Source: Auanema rhodensis (taxonomy: Eukaryota; Animalia; Nematoda). Taken from it: DNA of 64,000 nt. How positions within the stretch are numbered: position 1 is the stretch's first letter; each line of letters starts with the position of its first letter. The position numbers and the translations under genes are program-made. The notes beneath the pieces were generated by a model that saw only the letters and a program-made list of their open reading frames with translations, did no database searches and was not told the origin of the DNA. The DNA is taken from NCBI GenBank assembly GCA_964057225.1, contig OZ059897.1, positions 10,974,001-11,038,000 of the forward strand, read 5' to 3'. Positions 38,242 through 52,800 of the stretch are shown here, piece after piece.

Positions 38242-41200
38242 TTTTTTGTTTTGAAATTAAAATGCTACAAAATTATTGCTTGCTTGTCATGTTAGATATC
38301 TTTAATTCAAATACATATTTAAGTTCTAACAATTTTTGATTTAATCACGTTCAATTAACTGTTTTGTTTTCAAAAATAAAGACAAAATTCAATTTCTGTT
38401 CATTGAATTAGAATTTTCATGTTGTCACACAGAAATTGAAGAATTTTAGTTCATTTCAGTAACAATGAACAGAATAACTTTGTTTAGTTGTTGTAATATC
38501 GGCCCAAGTAGTATAGTGGTTAGTACTCCACGTTGTGGCCGTGGCGACACAGGTTCGATTCCTGTCTTGGGCATTTTTTGTTTTGAAATTAAAATGCTAT
38601 AAAATTATTGCTTGCTTGTCTTGTTAGATTTCTTTAATTTGAATACTTATTCAAGTTATAACAATTTTTGATTTAATCACGTTCAATTAACTGTTTTGTT
38701 TTCAAAAATAAAGACAAATATCAATTTCTGGTCATTGAATTAGAATTTTCATGTTGTCACACAGAAATTGAAGAATTTTAGTTCATTTCAGTAACAATGA
38801 ACAGAATAACTTTGTTTAGTTGTTGTAATATCGGCCCAAGTAGTATAGTGGTTAGTACTCCACGTTGTGGCCGTGGCGACACAGGTTCGATTCCTGTCTT
38901 GGGCATTTTTTGTTTTGAAATTAAAATGCCATAAAATTATTGCTTGCTTGTCTTGTTAGATTTCTTTAATTTGAATACTTATTCAAGTTATAACAATTTT
39001 CGATTTAATCACGTTCAATTAACTGTATTGTTTTCAAAAATAAAGACAAATATCAATTTCTGGTCATTGAATTAGAATTTTCATGTTGTCACACAGAAAT
39101 TGAAGAATCTTAGTTCATTTCAGTAACAATGAACAGAATAACTTTGTTTAGTTGTTGTAATATCGGCCCAAGTAGTATAGTGGTTAGTACTCCACGTTGT
39201 GGCCGTGGCGACACAGGTTCGATTCCTGTCTTGGGCATTTTTTGTTTTGAAATTAAAATGCTATAAAATTATTGCTTGCTTGTCTTGTTAGATTTCTTTA
39301 ATTTGAATACTTATTCAAGTTATAACAATTTTCGATTTAATCACGTTCAATCAACTGTATTGTTTTCAAAAATAAAGACAAATATCAATTTCTGGTCATT
39401 GAATTAGAATTTTCATGTTGTCACACAGGAAATGAAGAATCTCAGTTCATTTCAGTAACAATGAACACACTAACTTTGTTAAGTTGTTGTAATATCGGCC
39501 CAAGTAATATAGTGGTTAGTACTCCACGTTGTGGCCGTGGCGACACAGGTTCGATTCCTGTCTTGGGCATTTTTTGTTTTGAAATTTAAATGCTATAAAA
39601 TTATTGCTTGCTTGTCATGTTAGATTTGTTTAATTCAAATACTTATTTAAGTTCCAACAATTTTCGATTAAATCACGTTCATTTAACTGTATTGTTTTCA
39701 AAAATAAAGACAAAATTCAATTTCTGTTCGTTGAATTAGAATTTTCATGTTGTCACACAGAAATTGAAGAATCTTAGTTCATTTCAGTAACAATGAACAC
39801 ACTAACTTTGTTAAGTTGTTGTAATATCGGCCCAAGTAGTATAGTGGTTAGTACTCCACGTTGTGGCCGTGGCGACACAGGTTCGATTCCTGTCTTGGGC
39901 ATTTTTTGTTTTGAAATTAAAATGCTATAAAATTATTGCTTGCTTGTCTTGTTAGATTTCTTTAATTTGAATACTTATTCAAGTTATAACAATTTTCGAT
40001 TTAATCACGTTCAATCAACTGTATTGTTTTCAAAAATAAAGACAAAATTCAATTTCTGTTCATTGAATTAGAATTTTCATGTTGTCACACAGAAATTGAA
40101 GAATCTTAGTTCAATTCAGTAACAATGAACACACTAACTTTGTTAAGTTGTTGTAATATCGGCCCAAGTAATATAGTGGTTAGTACTCCACGTTGTGGCC
40201 GTGGCGACACAGGTTCGATTCCTGTCTTGGGCATTTTTTGTTTTGAAATTTAAATGCTATAAAATTATTGCTTGCTTGTCATGTTAGATTTGTTTAATTC
40301 AAATACTTATTTAAGTTCCAACAATTTTCGATTAAATCACGTTCATTTAACTGTATTGTTTTCAAAAATAAAGACAAAATTCAATTTCTGTTCGTTGAAT
40401 TAGAATTTTCATGTTGTCACACAGAAATTGAAGAATCTTAGTTCATTTCAGTAACAATGAACACACTAACTTTGTTAAGTTGTTGTAATATCGGCCCAAG
40501 TAGTATAGTGGTTAGTACTCCACGTTGTGGCCGTGGCGACACAGGTTCGATTCCTGTCTTGGGCATTTTTTGTTTTGAAATTAAAATGCTATAAAATTAT
40601 TGCTTGCTTGTCTTGTTAGATTTCTTTAATTTGAATACTTATTCAAGTTATAACAATTTTCGATTTAATCACGTTCAATCAACTGTATTGTTTTCAAAAA
40701 TAAAGACAAAATTCAATTTCTGTTCATTGAATTAGAATTTTCATGTTGTCACACAGAAATTGAAGAATCTTAGTTTAATTCAGTAACAATGAACACACTA
40801 ACTTTGTTAAGTTGTTGTAATATCGGCCCAAGTAATATAGTGGTTAGTACTCCACGTTGTGGCCGTGGCGACACAGATTCGATTCCTGTCTTGGGCATTT
40901 TTTGTTTTGAAATTAAAATACTACAAAATTATTGCTTGCTTGTCATGTTAGATTTCTTTAATTCAAATACATATTTAAGTTCTAACAATTTTTGATTTAA
41001 TCACGTTCAATTAACTGTATTGTTTTCAAAAATAAAGACAAAATTCAATTTCTGTTCATTGAATTAGAATTTTCATGTTGTCACACAGGAAATGAAGAAT
41101 CTCAGTTCATTTCAGTAACAATGAGCACACTAACTTTGTTAAGTTGTTGTAATATCGGCCCAAGTAATATAGTGGTTAGTACTCCACGTTGTGGCCGTGG

Positions 41201-41489
41201 CGACACAGGTTCGATTCCTGTCTTGGGCATTTTTTGTTTTGAAATTTAAATGCTATAAAATTATTGCTTGCTTGTCATGTTAGATTTCTTTAATTCAAAT
41301 ACATATTTAAGTTCTAACAATTTTTGATTTAATCACGTTCAATTAACTGTATTGTTTTCAAAAATAAAGACAAAATTCAATTTCTGTTCATTGAATTAGA
41401 ATTTTCATGTTGTCACACAGAAATTGAAGAATCTTAGTTCATTTCAGTAACAATGAACAGAATAACTTTGTTTAGTTGTTGTAATATCG

Positions 41490-41561
41490 GCCCAAGTAGT
41501 ATAGTGGTTAGTACTCCACGTTGTGGCCGTGGCGACACAGGTTCGATTCCTGTCTTGGGCA
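41490..41561 (+). tRNA. trnH-GTG: tRNA-His(GTG), canonical copy followed by a T7 terminator (4-bp deletion)
   Basis: Intact gene followed by TTTTTTTGAAA instead of TTTTTTGTTTTGAAA. Confidence 0.95.
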
Positions 41562-44500
41562 TTTTTTTGAAATTAAAATGCTATAAAATTATTGCTTGCT
41601 TGTCTTGTTAGATTTCTTTAATTTGAATACTTATTCAAGTTATAACAATTTTCGATTTAATCACGTTCAATCAACTGTATTGTTTTCAAAAATAAAGACA
41701 AAATTCAATTTCTGGTCATTGAATTAGAATTTTCATGTTGTCACACAGGAAATGAAGAATCTCAGTTCATTTCAGTAACAATGAACACACTAACTTTGTT
41801 AAGTTGTTGTAATATCGGCCCAAGTAGTATAGTGGTTAGTACTCCACGTTGTGGCCGTGGCGACACAGATTCGATTCCTGTCTTGGGCATTTTTTGTTTT
41901 GAAATTAAAATACTACAAAATTATTGCTTGCTTGTCATGTTAGATTTCTTTAATTCAAATACATATTTAAGTACTAACAATTTTTGATTTAATCACGTTC
42001 AATTAACTGTATTGTTTTCAAAAATAAAGACAAAATTCAATTTCTGTTCATTGAATTAGAATTTTCATGTTGTCACACAGAAATTGAAGAATCTTAGTTC
42101 ATTTCAGTAACAATGAACAGAATAACTTTGTTTAGTTGTTGTAATATCGGGCCAAGTAGTATAGTGGTTAGTACTCCACGTTGTGGCCGTGGCGACACAG
42201 GTTCGATTCCTGTCTTGGGCATTTTTTGTTTTGGAATTAAAATGCTACAAAATTATTGCTTGCTTGTCATGTTAGATTTCTTTAATTCAAATACATATTT
42301 AAGTTCTAACAATTTTTGATTTAATCACGTTCAATTAACTGTATTGTTTTCAAAAATAAAGACAAAATTCAATTTCTGTTCATTGAATTAGAATTTTCAT
42401 GTTGTCACACAGAAATTGAAGAATCTTAGTTCATTTCAGTAACAATGAACAGAATAACTTTGTTTAGTTGTTGTCATATCGGCCCAAGTAGTATAGTGGT
42501 TAGTACTCCACGTTGTGGCCGAGGCGACACAGGTTCGATTCCTGTCTTGGGCATTTTTTGTTTTGAAATTAAAATGCTATAAACATATTGCTTGCTTGTC
42601 ATGTTAGATTTTTTTAATTCAAATACTTATTTAAGTTCTAACAATTTTTGATTTAATCACGTTCAATTAACTGTATTGTTTTCAAAAATAAAGACATTTT
42701 TCAATTTCTGGTCATTGAATTAGAATTTTCATGTTGTCACACAGAAATTGAAGATTCTTAGTTCAATTCAGTAACAATGAACACACTAACTTTTTTAAGT
42801 TGTTGTGATATCGGCCCAAGTAATATAGTGGTTAGTACTCCACGTTGTGGCCGTGGCGACACAGATTCGATTCCTGTCTTGGGCATTTTTTGTTTTGAAA
42901 TTAAAATGCTACAAAATTATTGCTTGCTTGTCATGTTAGATTTCTTTAATTTGAATACTTATTCAAGTTATAACAATTTTTGATTTAATCACGTTCAATC
43001 AACTGTATTGTTTTCAAAAATAAAGACAAAATTCAATTTCTGTTCATTGAATTAGAATTTTCATGTTGTCACACAGAAATTGAAGAATCTTAGTTCAATT
43101 CAGTAACAATGAACACACTAACTTTGTTAAGTTGTTGTAATATCGGCCCAAGTAATATAGTGGTTAGTACTCCACGTTGTGGCCGTGGCGACACAGATTC
43201 GATTCCTGTCTTGGGCATTTTTTGTTTTGAAATTAATGTGCTACAAAATTATTGCTTGCTTGTCATGTTAGATTTCTATAATTTGAATACTTTTTCAAGT
43301 TATAACAATTTTTGATTTAATCACGTTCAATTAACTGTATTGTTTTCAGAAATAAAGACATCTTTCAATTTCTGGTCATTGAATTAGAATTTTCATGTTG
43401 TCACACAGAAATTGAAGAATCTTAGTTCATTTCAGTAACAATGAACACACTAACTTTGTTAAGTTGTTGTAATATCGGCCCAAGTAGTATAGTGGTTAGT
43501 ACTCCACGTTGTGGCCGTGGCGACACAGGTTCGATTCCTGTCTTGGGCATTTTTTGTTTTGAAATTAAAATGCTATAAAATTATTGCTTGCTTGTCTTGT
43601 TAGATTTCTTTAATTTGAATACTTATTCAAGTTATAACAATTTTTGATTTAATCACGTTCAATCAACTGTATTGTTTTCAAAAATAAAGACAAAATTCAA
43701 TTTCTGTTCATTGAATTAGAATTTTCATGTTGTCACACAGAAATTGAAGAATCTTAGTTCAATTCAGTAACAATGAACACACTAACTTTGTTAAGTTGTT
43801 GTAATATCGGCCCAAGTAATATAGTGGTTAGTACTCCACGTTGTGGCCGTGGCGACACAGATTCGATTCCTGTTTTGGGCATTTTTTGTTTTGAAATTTA
43901 AATGCTATAAAATTATTGCTTGCTTGTCATGTTAGATTTCTTTAATTTGAATATTTATTCAAGTTATAACAATTTTCGATTTAATCACGTTCAATCAACT
44001 GTATTGTTTTCAAAAATAAAGACAAAATTCAATTTCTGTTCATTGAATTAGAATTTTCATGTTGTCACACAGAAATTGAAGAATCTTAGTTCATTTCAGT
44101 AACAATGAACAGAATAACTTTTTTTAGTTGTTGTAATATCGGCCCAAGTAGTATAGTGGTTAGTACTCCACGTTGTGGCCGTGGCGACACAGGTTCGATT
44201 CCTGTCTTGGGCATTTTTTGTTTTGAAATTAAAATGCTATAAACATATTGCTAGCTTGTCATGTTAGATTTCTCTAATTTGAATGCTTATTCAAGTTCTA
44301 ACAATTTTTGATTTAATCACGTTTAATTAATAGTATTGTTTTCAAAAATAAAGACATCTTTCAATTTCTGGCCTTTGAATTAGAATTTTCATGTTGTCAC
44401 ACAGAAATTGAAGAATCTTAGTTCAATTCAGTAACAATGAACACACTAACTTTGTTAAGTTGTTGTAATATCGGCCCAAGTAATATAGTGGTTAGTACTC

Positions 44501-45801
44501 CACGTTGTGGCCGTGGCGACACAGATTCGATTCCTTTGTTGGGCATTTTTCGTTTTGAAATTAAAATGCTACAAAATTATTGCTTGCTTGTCATGTTAGA
44601 TTTCTTTAATTTGAATACTTATTCAAGTAATAACAATTTTCGATTTAATCACGTTCAATTAATAGTATTGTTTTCAAAAATAAAGACATCTTTCAATTTC
44701 TGGCCTTTGAATTAGAATTTTCATGTTGTCACACAGAAATTGAAGAATCTTAGTTCATTTCAGTAACAATGAACACACTAACTTTGTTAAGTTGTTGTTA
44801 TATTGGCCCAAGTAATATAGTGGTTAGTACTCCACGTTGTGGCCGTGGCGACACAGATTCGATTCCTGTTTTGGGTATTTTTTGTTTTGAAATTTAAATG
44901 CTATAAAATTATTGCTTGCTTGTCATGTTAGATTTCTTTAATTTGAATACTTATTCAAGTTCTAACAATTTTTGATTTAATCACGTTCAATTAACTGTAT
45001 TGTTTTCAAAAATAAAGACATCTTTCAATTTCTGGCCTTTGAATTAGAATTTTCATGTTGTCACACAGAAATTGAAGAATCTTAGTTCAATTCAGTAACA
45101 CTGAACACACTAACTTTGTTAAGTTGTTGTAATATCGACCCAAGTAATATAGTGGTTAGTACTCCACGTTGTGGCCGTGGCGACACAGGTTCGATTCCTG
45201 TCTTGGGCATTTTTTGTTTTGAAATTAAAATGCTATAAACATATTGCTAGCTTGTCATGTTAGATTTCTCTAATTTGAATACTTATTCAAGTTCTAACAA
45301 TTTTTGATTTAATCACGTTTAATTAATAGTATTGTTTTCAAAAATAAAGACATCTTTCAATTTCTGGCCTTTGAATTAGAATTTTCATGTTGTCACACAG
45401 AAATTGAAGAATCTTAGTTCATTTCAGTAACAATGAACACACTAACTTTGTTAAGTTGTTGTAATATCGGCCCAAGTAGTATAGTGGTTAGTACTCCACG
45501 TTGTGGCCGTGGCGACACAGGTTCGATTCCTGTCTTGGGCATTTTTTGTTTTGAAATTAAAATGCTATAAAATTATTGCTTGCTTGTCATGTTAGATTTC
45601 TTTAATTCAAATACATATTTAAGTTCTAACAATTTTTGATTTAATCACGTTCAATTAACTGTATTGTTTTCAAAAATAAAGACAAAATTCAATTTCTGTT
45701 CATTGAATTAGAATTTTCATGTTGTCACACAGAAATTGAAGAATCTTAGTTCATTTCAGTAACAATGAACAGAATAACTTTGTTTAGTTGTTGTAATATC
45801 G

Positions 45802-45873
45802 GCCCAAGTAGTATAGTGGTTAGTACTCCACGTTGTGGCCGTGGCGACACAGGTTTGATTCCTGTCTTGGGCA
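45802..45873 (+). pseudogene. trnH-GTG: tRNA-His(GTG) C56T variant (B-box core change)
   Basis: GGTTTGATTCC; the invariant C56 is lost. Confidence 0.75.
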
Positions 45874-46797
45874 TTTTTTGTTTTGAAATTAAAATGCTAC
45901 AAAATTATTGCTTGCTTGTCATGTTAGATTTCTTTAATTCAAATACATATTTAAGTTATAACAATTTTCGATTTAATCACGTTCAATCAACTGTATTGTT
46001 TTCAAAAATAAAGACAAAATTCAATTTCTGTTCATTGAATTAGAATTTTCATGTTGTCACACAGAAATTGAAGAATCTTAGTTCAATTCAGTAACAATGA
46101 ACACACTAACTTTGTTAAGTTGTTGTAATATCGGCCCAAGTAATATAGTGGTTAGTACTCCACGTTGTGGCCGTGGCGACACAGATTCGATTCCTGTCTT
46201 GGGCATTTTTTGTTTTGAAATTAAAATGCTACAAAATTATTGCTTGCTTGTCATGTTAGATTTCTTTAATTCAAATACATATTTAAGTTCTAACAATTTT
46301 TGATTTAATCACGTTCAATTAACTGTATTGTTTTCAAAAATAAAGACAAAATTCAATTTCTGTTCATTGAATTAGAATTTTCATGTTGTCACACAGAAAT
46401 TGAAGAATCTTAGTTCATTTCAGTAACAATGAACAGAATAACTTTGTTTAGTTGTTGTAATATCGGCCCAAGTAGTATAGTGGTTAGTACTCCACGTTGT
46501 GGCCGTGGCGACACAGGTTTGATTCCTGTCTTGGGCATTTTTTGTTTTGAAATTAAAATGCTACAAAATTATTGCTTGCTTGTCATGTTAGATTTCTTTA
46601 ATTCAAATACATATTTAAGTTCTAACAATTTTTGATTTAATCACGTTCAATTAACTGTATTGTTTTCAAAAATAAAGACAAAATTCAATTTCTGTTCATT
46701 GAATTAGAATTTTCATGTTGTCACACAGAAATTGAAGAATCTTAGTTCATTTCAGTAACAATGAACAGAATAACTTTGTTTAGTTGTTGTCATATCG

Positions 46798-46869
46798 GCC
46801 TAAGTAGTATAGTGGTTAGTACTCCACGTTGTGGCCGTGGCGACACAGGTTCGATTCCTGTCTTGGGCA
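46798..46869 (+). tRNA. trnH-GTG: tRNA-His(GTG) C4T isodecoder (U4:G69 wobble)
   Basis: GCCTAAG/CTTGGGC with intact A and B boxes. Confidence 0.88.
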
Positions 46870-49800
46870 TTTTTTGTTTTGAAATTAAAATGCTATAAAC
46901 ATATTGCTTGCTTGTCATGTTAGATTTCTTTAATTCAAATACTTATTTAAGTTCTAACAATTTTTGATTTAATCACGTTCACTTAACTGTATTGTTTTCA
47001 AAAATAAAGACATCTTTCAATTTCTGGTCATTGAATTAGAATTTTCATGTTGTCACACAGAAATTGAAGATTCTTAGTTCAATTCAGTAACAATGAACAC
47101 ACTAACTTTTTTAAGTTGTTGTGATATCGGCCCAAGTAATATAGTGGTTAGTACTCCACGTTGTGGCCGTGGCGACACAGATTCGATTCCTGTCTTGGGC
47201 ATTTTTTGTTTTGAAATTAAAATGCTACAAAATTATTGCTTGCTTGTCATGTTAGATTTCTTTAATTTGAATACTTATTCAAGTTATAACAATTTTTGAT
47301 TTAATCACGTTCAATCAACTGTATTGTTTTCAAAAATAAAGACATCTTTCAATTTCTGGTCATTGAATTAGAATTTTCATGTTGTCACACAGAAATTGAA
47401 GAATCTTAGTTCATTTCAGTAACAATGAACACACTAACTTTGTTAAGTTGTTGTAATATCGGCCCAAGTAGTATAGTGGTTAGTACTCCACGTTGTGGCC
47501 GTGGCGACACAGGTTCGATTCCTGTCTTGGGCATTTTTTGTTTTGAAATTTAAATGCTATAAAATTATTGCTTGCTTGTCATGTTAGATTTTTTTAATTT
47601 GAATACTTATTCAAGTTTTAACAATTTTGGATTTAATCACGTTCAATCAACTGTATTGTTTTCAAAAATAAAGACATCTTTCAATTTCTGGTCATTGAAT
47701 TTGAATTTTCATGTTGTCACACAGAAATTGAAGAATCTTAGTTCATTTCAGTAACAATGAACACACTTACTTTGTTAAGTTGTTGTAATATCGGCCCAAG
47801 TAGTATAGTGGTTAGTACTCCACGTTGTGGCCGTGGCGACACAGATTCGATTCCTGTCTTGGGCATTTTTTGTTTTGAAATTAAAATGCTATAAACATAT
47901 TGCTTGCTTGTCATGTTAGATTTGTTTAATTCAAATACTTATTTAAGTTCTAACAATTTTCGATTTAATCACGTTCAATCAACTGTATTGTTTTCAAAAA
48001 TAAAGACATCTTTCAATTTCTGGTCATTGAATTAGAATTTTCATGTTGTCACACAGAAATTGAAGAATCTTAGTTCATTTCAGTAACAATGAACACACTA
48101 ACTTTGTTAAGTTGTTGTAATATCGGCCCAAGTAGTATAGTGGTCAGTACTCCACGTTGTGGCCGTGGCGACACAGATTCGATTCCTGTCTTGGGCATTT
48201 TTTGTTTCGAAATTAAAATGCTATAAACATATTGCTTGCTTGTCATGTTAGATTTGTTTAATTCAAATACTTATTTAAGTTCCAACAATTTTCGATCAAA
48301 TCACGTTCATTTAACTGTATTGTTTTCAAAAATAAAGACAAAATTCAATTTCTGTTCGTTGAATTAGAATTTTCATGTTGTCACACAGAAATTGAAGAAT
48401 CTTAGTTCATTTCAGTAACAATGAACACACTAACTTTGTTAAGTTGTTGTAATATCGGCCCAAGTAGTATAGTGGTTAGTACTCCACGTTGTGGCCGTGG
48501 CGACACAGGTTCGATTCCTGTCTTGGGCATTTTTTGTTTTGAAATTAAAATGCTATAAAATTATTGCTTGCTTGTCTTGTTAGATTTCTTTAATTTGAAT
48601 ACTTATTCAAGTTATAACAATTTTCGATTTAATCACGTTCAATCAACTGTATTGTTTTCAAAAATAAAGACAAAATTCAATTTCTGTTCATTGAATTAGA
48701 ATTTTCATGTTGTCACACAGAAATTGAAGAATCTTAGTTCAATTCAGTAACAATGAACACACTAACTTTGTTAAGTTGTTGTAATATCGGCCCAAGTAAT
48801 ATAGTGGTTAGTACTCCACGTTGTGGCCGTGGCGACACAGATTCGATTCCTGTCTTGGGCATTTTTTGTTTTGAAATTAAAATGCTACAAAATTATTGCT
48901 TGCTTGTCATGTTAGATTTCTTTAATTCAAATACATATTTAAGTTCTAACAATTTTTGATTTAATCACGTTCAATTAACTGTATTGTTTTCAAAAATAAA
49001 GACAAAATTCAATTTCTGTTCATTGAATTAGAATTTTCATGTTGTCACACAGAAATTGAAGAATCTTAGTTCATTTCAGTAACAATGAACAGAATAACTT
49101 TGTTTAGTTGTTGTAATATCGGCCCAAGTAGTATAGTGGTTAGTACTCCACGTTGTGGCCGTGGCGACACAGGTTTGATTCCTGTCTTGGGCATTTTTTG
49201 TTTTGAAATTAAAATGCTACAAAATTATTGCTTGCTTGTCATGTTAGATTTCTTTAATTCAAATACATATTTAAGTTCTAACAATTTTTGATTTAATCAC
49301 GTTCAATTAACTGTATTGTTTTCAAAAATAAAGACAAAATTCAATTTCTGTTCATTGAATTAGAATTTTCATGTTGTCACACAGAAATTGAAGAATCTTA
49401 GTTCATTTCAGTAACAATGAACAGAATAACTTTGTTTAGTTGTTGTCATATCGGCCTAAGTAGTATAGTGGTTAGTACTCCACGTTGTGGCCGTGGCGAC
49501 ACAGGTTCGATTCCTGTCTTGGGCATTTTTTGTTTTGAAATTAAAATGCTATAAACATATTGCTTGCTTGTCATGTTAGATTTCTTTAATTCAAATACTT
49601 ATTTAAGTTCTAACAATTTTTGATTTAATCACGTTCAATTAACTGTATTGTTTTCAAAAATAAAGACATCTTTCAATTTCTGGTCATTGAATTAGAATTT
49701 TCATGTTGTCACACAGAAATTGAAGAATCTTAGTTCAATTCAGTAACAATGAACACACTAACTTTGTTAAGTTGTTGTAATATCGGCCCAAGTAATATAG

Positions 49801-52800
49801 TGGTTAGTACTCCACGTTGTGGCCGTGGCGACACAGATTCGATTCCTGTCTTGGGCATTTTTTGTTTTGAAATTAAAATGCTACAAAATTATTGCTTGCT
49901 TGTCATGTTAGATTTCTTTAATTCAAATACATATTTAAGTTCTAACAATTTTTGATTTAATCACGTTCAATTAACTGTATTGTTTTCAAAAATAAAGACA
50001 AAATTCAATTTCTGTTCATTGAATTAGAATTTTCATGTTGTCACACAGAAATTGAAGAATCTTAGTTCATTTCAGTAACAATGAACAGAATAACTTTGTT
50101 TAGTTGTTGTAATATCGGCCCAAGTAGTATAGTGGTTAGTACTCCACGTTGTGGCCGTGGCGACACAGGTTTGATTCCTGTCTTGGGCATTTTTTGTTTT
50201 GAAATTAAAATGCTACAAAATTATTGCTTGCTTGTCATGTTAGATTTCTTTAATTCAAATACATATTTAAGTTCTAACAATTTTTGATTTAATCACGTTC
50301 AATTAACTGTATTGTTTTCAAAAATAAAGACAAAATTCAATTTCTGTTCATTGAATTAGAATTTTCATGTTGTCACACAGAAATTGAAGAATCTTAGTTC
50401 ATTTCAGTAACAATGAACAGAATAACTTTGTTTAGTTGTTGTCATATCGGCCTAAGTAGTATAGTGGTTAGTACTCCACGTTGTGGCCGTGGCGACACAG
50501 GTTCGATTCCTGTCTTGGGCATTTTTTGTTTTGAAATTAAAATGCTATAAACATATTGCTTGCTTGTCATGTTAGATTTCTTTAATTCAAATACTTATTT
50601 AAGTTCTAACAATTTTTGATTTAATCACGTTCAATTAACTGTATTGTTTTCAAAAATAAAGACATCTTTCAATTTCTGGTCATTGAATTAGAATTTTCAT
50701 GTTGTCACACAGAAATTGAAGATTCTTAGTTCAATTCAGTAACAATGAACACACTAACTTTTTTAAGTTGTTGTGATATCGGCCCAAGTAATATAGTGGT
50801 TAGTACTCCACGTTGTGGCCGTGGCGACACAGATTCGATTCCTGTCTTGGGCATTTTTTGTTTTGAAATTAAAATGCTACAAAATTATTGCTTGCTTGTC
50901 ATGTTAGATTTCTTTAATTTGAATACTTATTCAAGTTATAACAATTTTTGATTTAATCACGTTCAATCAACTGTATTGTTTTCAAAAATAAAGACATCTT
51001 TCAATTTCTGGTCATTGAATTAGAATTTTCATGTTGTCACACAGAAATTGAAGAATCTTAGTTCATTTCAGTAACAATGAACACACTAACTTTGTTAAGT
51101 TGTTGTAATATCGGCCCAAGTAGTATAGTGGTTAGTACTCCACGTTGTGGCCGTGGCGACACAGGTTCGATTCCTGTCTTGGGCATTTTTTGTTTTGAAA
51201 TTTAAATGCTATAAAATTATTGCTTGCTTGTCATGTTAGATTTTTTTAATTTGAATACTTATTCAAGTTTTAACAATTTTGGATTTAATCACGTTCAATC
51301 AACTGTATTGTTTTCAAAAATAAAGACATCTTTCAATTTCTGGTCATTGAATTTGAATTTTCATGTTGTCACACAGAAATTGAAGAATCTTAGTTCATTT
51401 CAGTAACAATGAACACACTTACTTTGTTAAGTTGTTGTAATATCGGCCCAAGTAGTATAGTGGTTAGTACTCCACGTTGTGGCCGTGGCGACACAGATTC
51501 GATTCCTGTCTTGGGCATTTTTTGTTTTGAAATTAAAATGCTATGAACATATTGCTTGCTTGTCATGTTAGATTTGTTTAATTCAAATACTTATTTAAGT
51601 TCTAACAATTTTCGATTTAATCACGTTCAATCAACTGTATTGTTTTCAAAAATAAAGACATCTTTCAATTTCTGGTCATTGAATTAGAATTTTCATGTTG
51701 TCACACAGAAATTGAAGAATCTTAGTTCATTTCAGTAACAATGAACACACTAACTTTGTTAAGTTGTTGTAATATCGGCCCAAGTAGTATAGTGGTCAGT
51801 ACTCCACGTTGTGGCCGTGGCGACACAGATTCGATTCCTGTCTTGGGCATTTTTTGTTTCGAAATTAAAATGCTATAAACATATTGCTTGCTTGTCATGT
51901 TAGATTTGTTTAATTCAAATACTTATTTAAGTTCCAACAATTTTCGATCAAATCACGTTCATTTAACTGTATTGTTTTCAAAAATAAAGACAAAATTCAA
52001 TTTCTGTTCGTTGAATTAGAATTTTCATGTTGTCACACAGAAATTGAAGAATCTTAGTTCATTTCAGTAACAATGAACACACTAACTTTGTTAAGTTGTT
52101 GTAATATCGGCCCAAGTAGTATAGTGGTCAGTACTCCACGTTGTGGCCGTGGCGACACAGATTCGATTCCTGTCTTGGGCATTTTTTGTTTCGAAATTAA
52201 AATGCTACAAAATTATTGCTTGCTTGTCATGTTAGATTTCTTTAATTTGAATACTTATTTAAGTTCTAACAATTTTCGATTTAATCACGTTCAATCAACT
52301 GTATTGTTTTCAAAAATAAAGACATCTTTCAATTTCTGGTCATTGAATTAGAATTTTCATGTTGTCACACAGAAATTGAAGAATCTTAGTTCATTTCAGT
52401 AACAATGAACACACTAACTTTGTTAAGTTGTTGTAATATCGGCCCAAGTAGTATAGTGGTCAGTACTCCACGTTGTGGCCGTGGCGACACAGATTCGATT
52501 CCTGTCTTGGGCATTTTTTGTTTCGAAATTAAAATGCTATAAACATATTGCTTGCTTGTCATGTTAGATTTGTTTAATTCAAATACTTATTTAAGTTCCA
52601 ACAATTTTCGATCAAATCACGTTCATTTAACTGTATTGTTTTCAAAAATAAAGACAAAATTCAATTTCTGTTCGTTGAATTAGAATTTTCATGTTGTCAC
52701 ACAGAAATTGAAGAATCTTAGTTCATTTCAGTAACAATGAACACACTAACTTTGTTAAGTTGTTGTAATATCGGCCCAAGTAGTATAGTGGTCAGTACTC

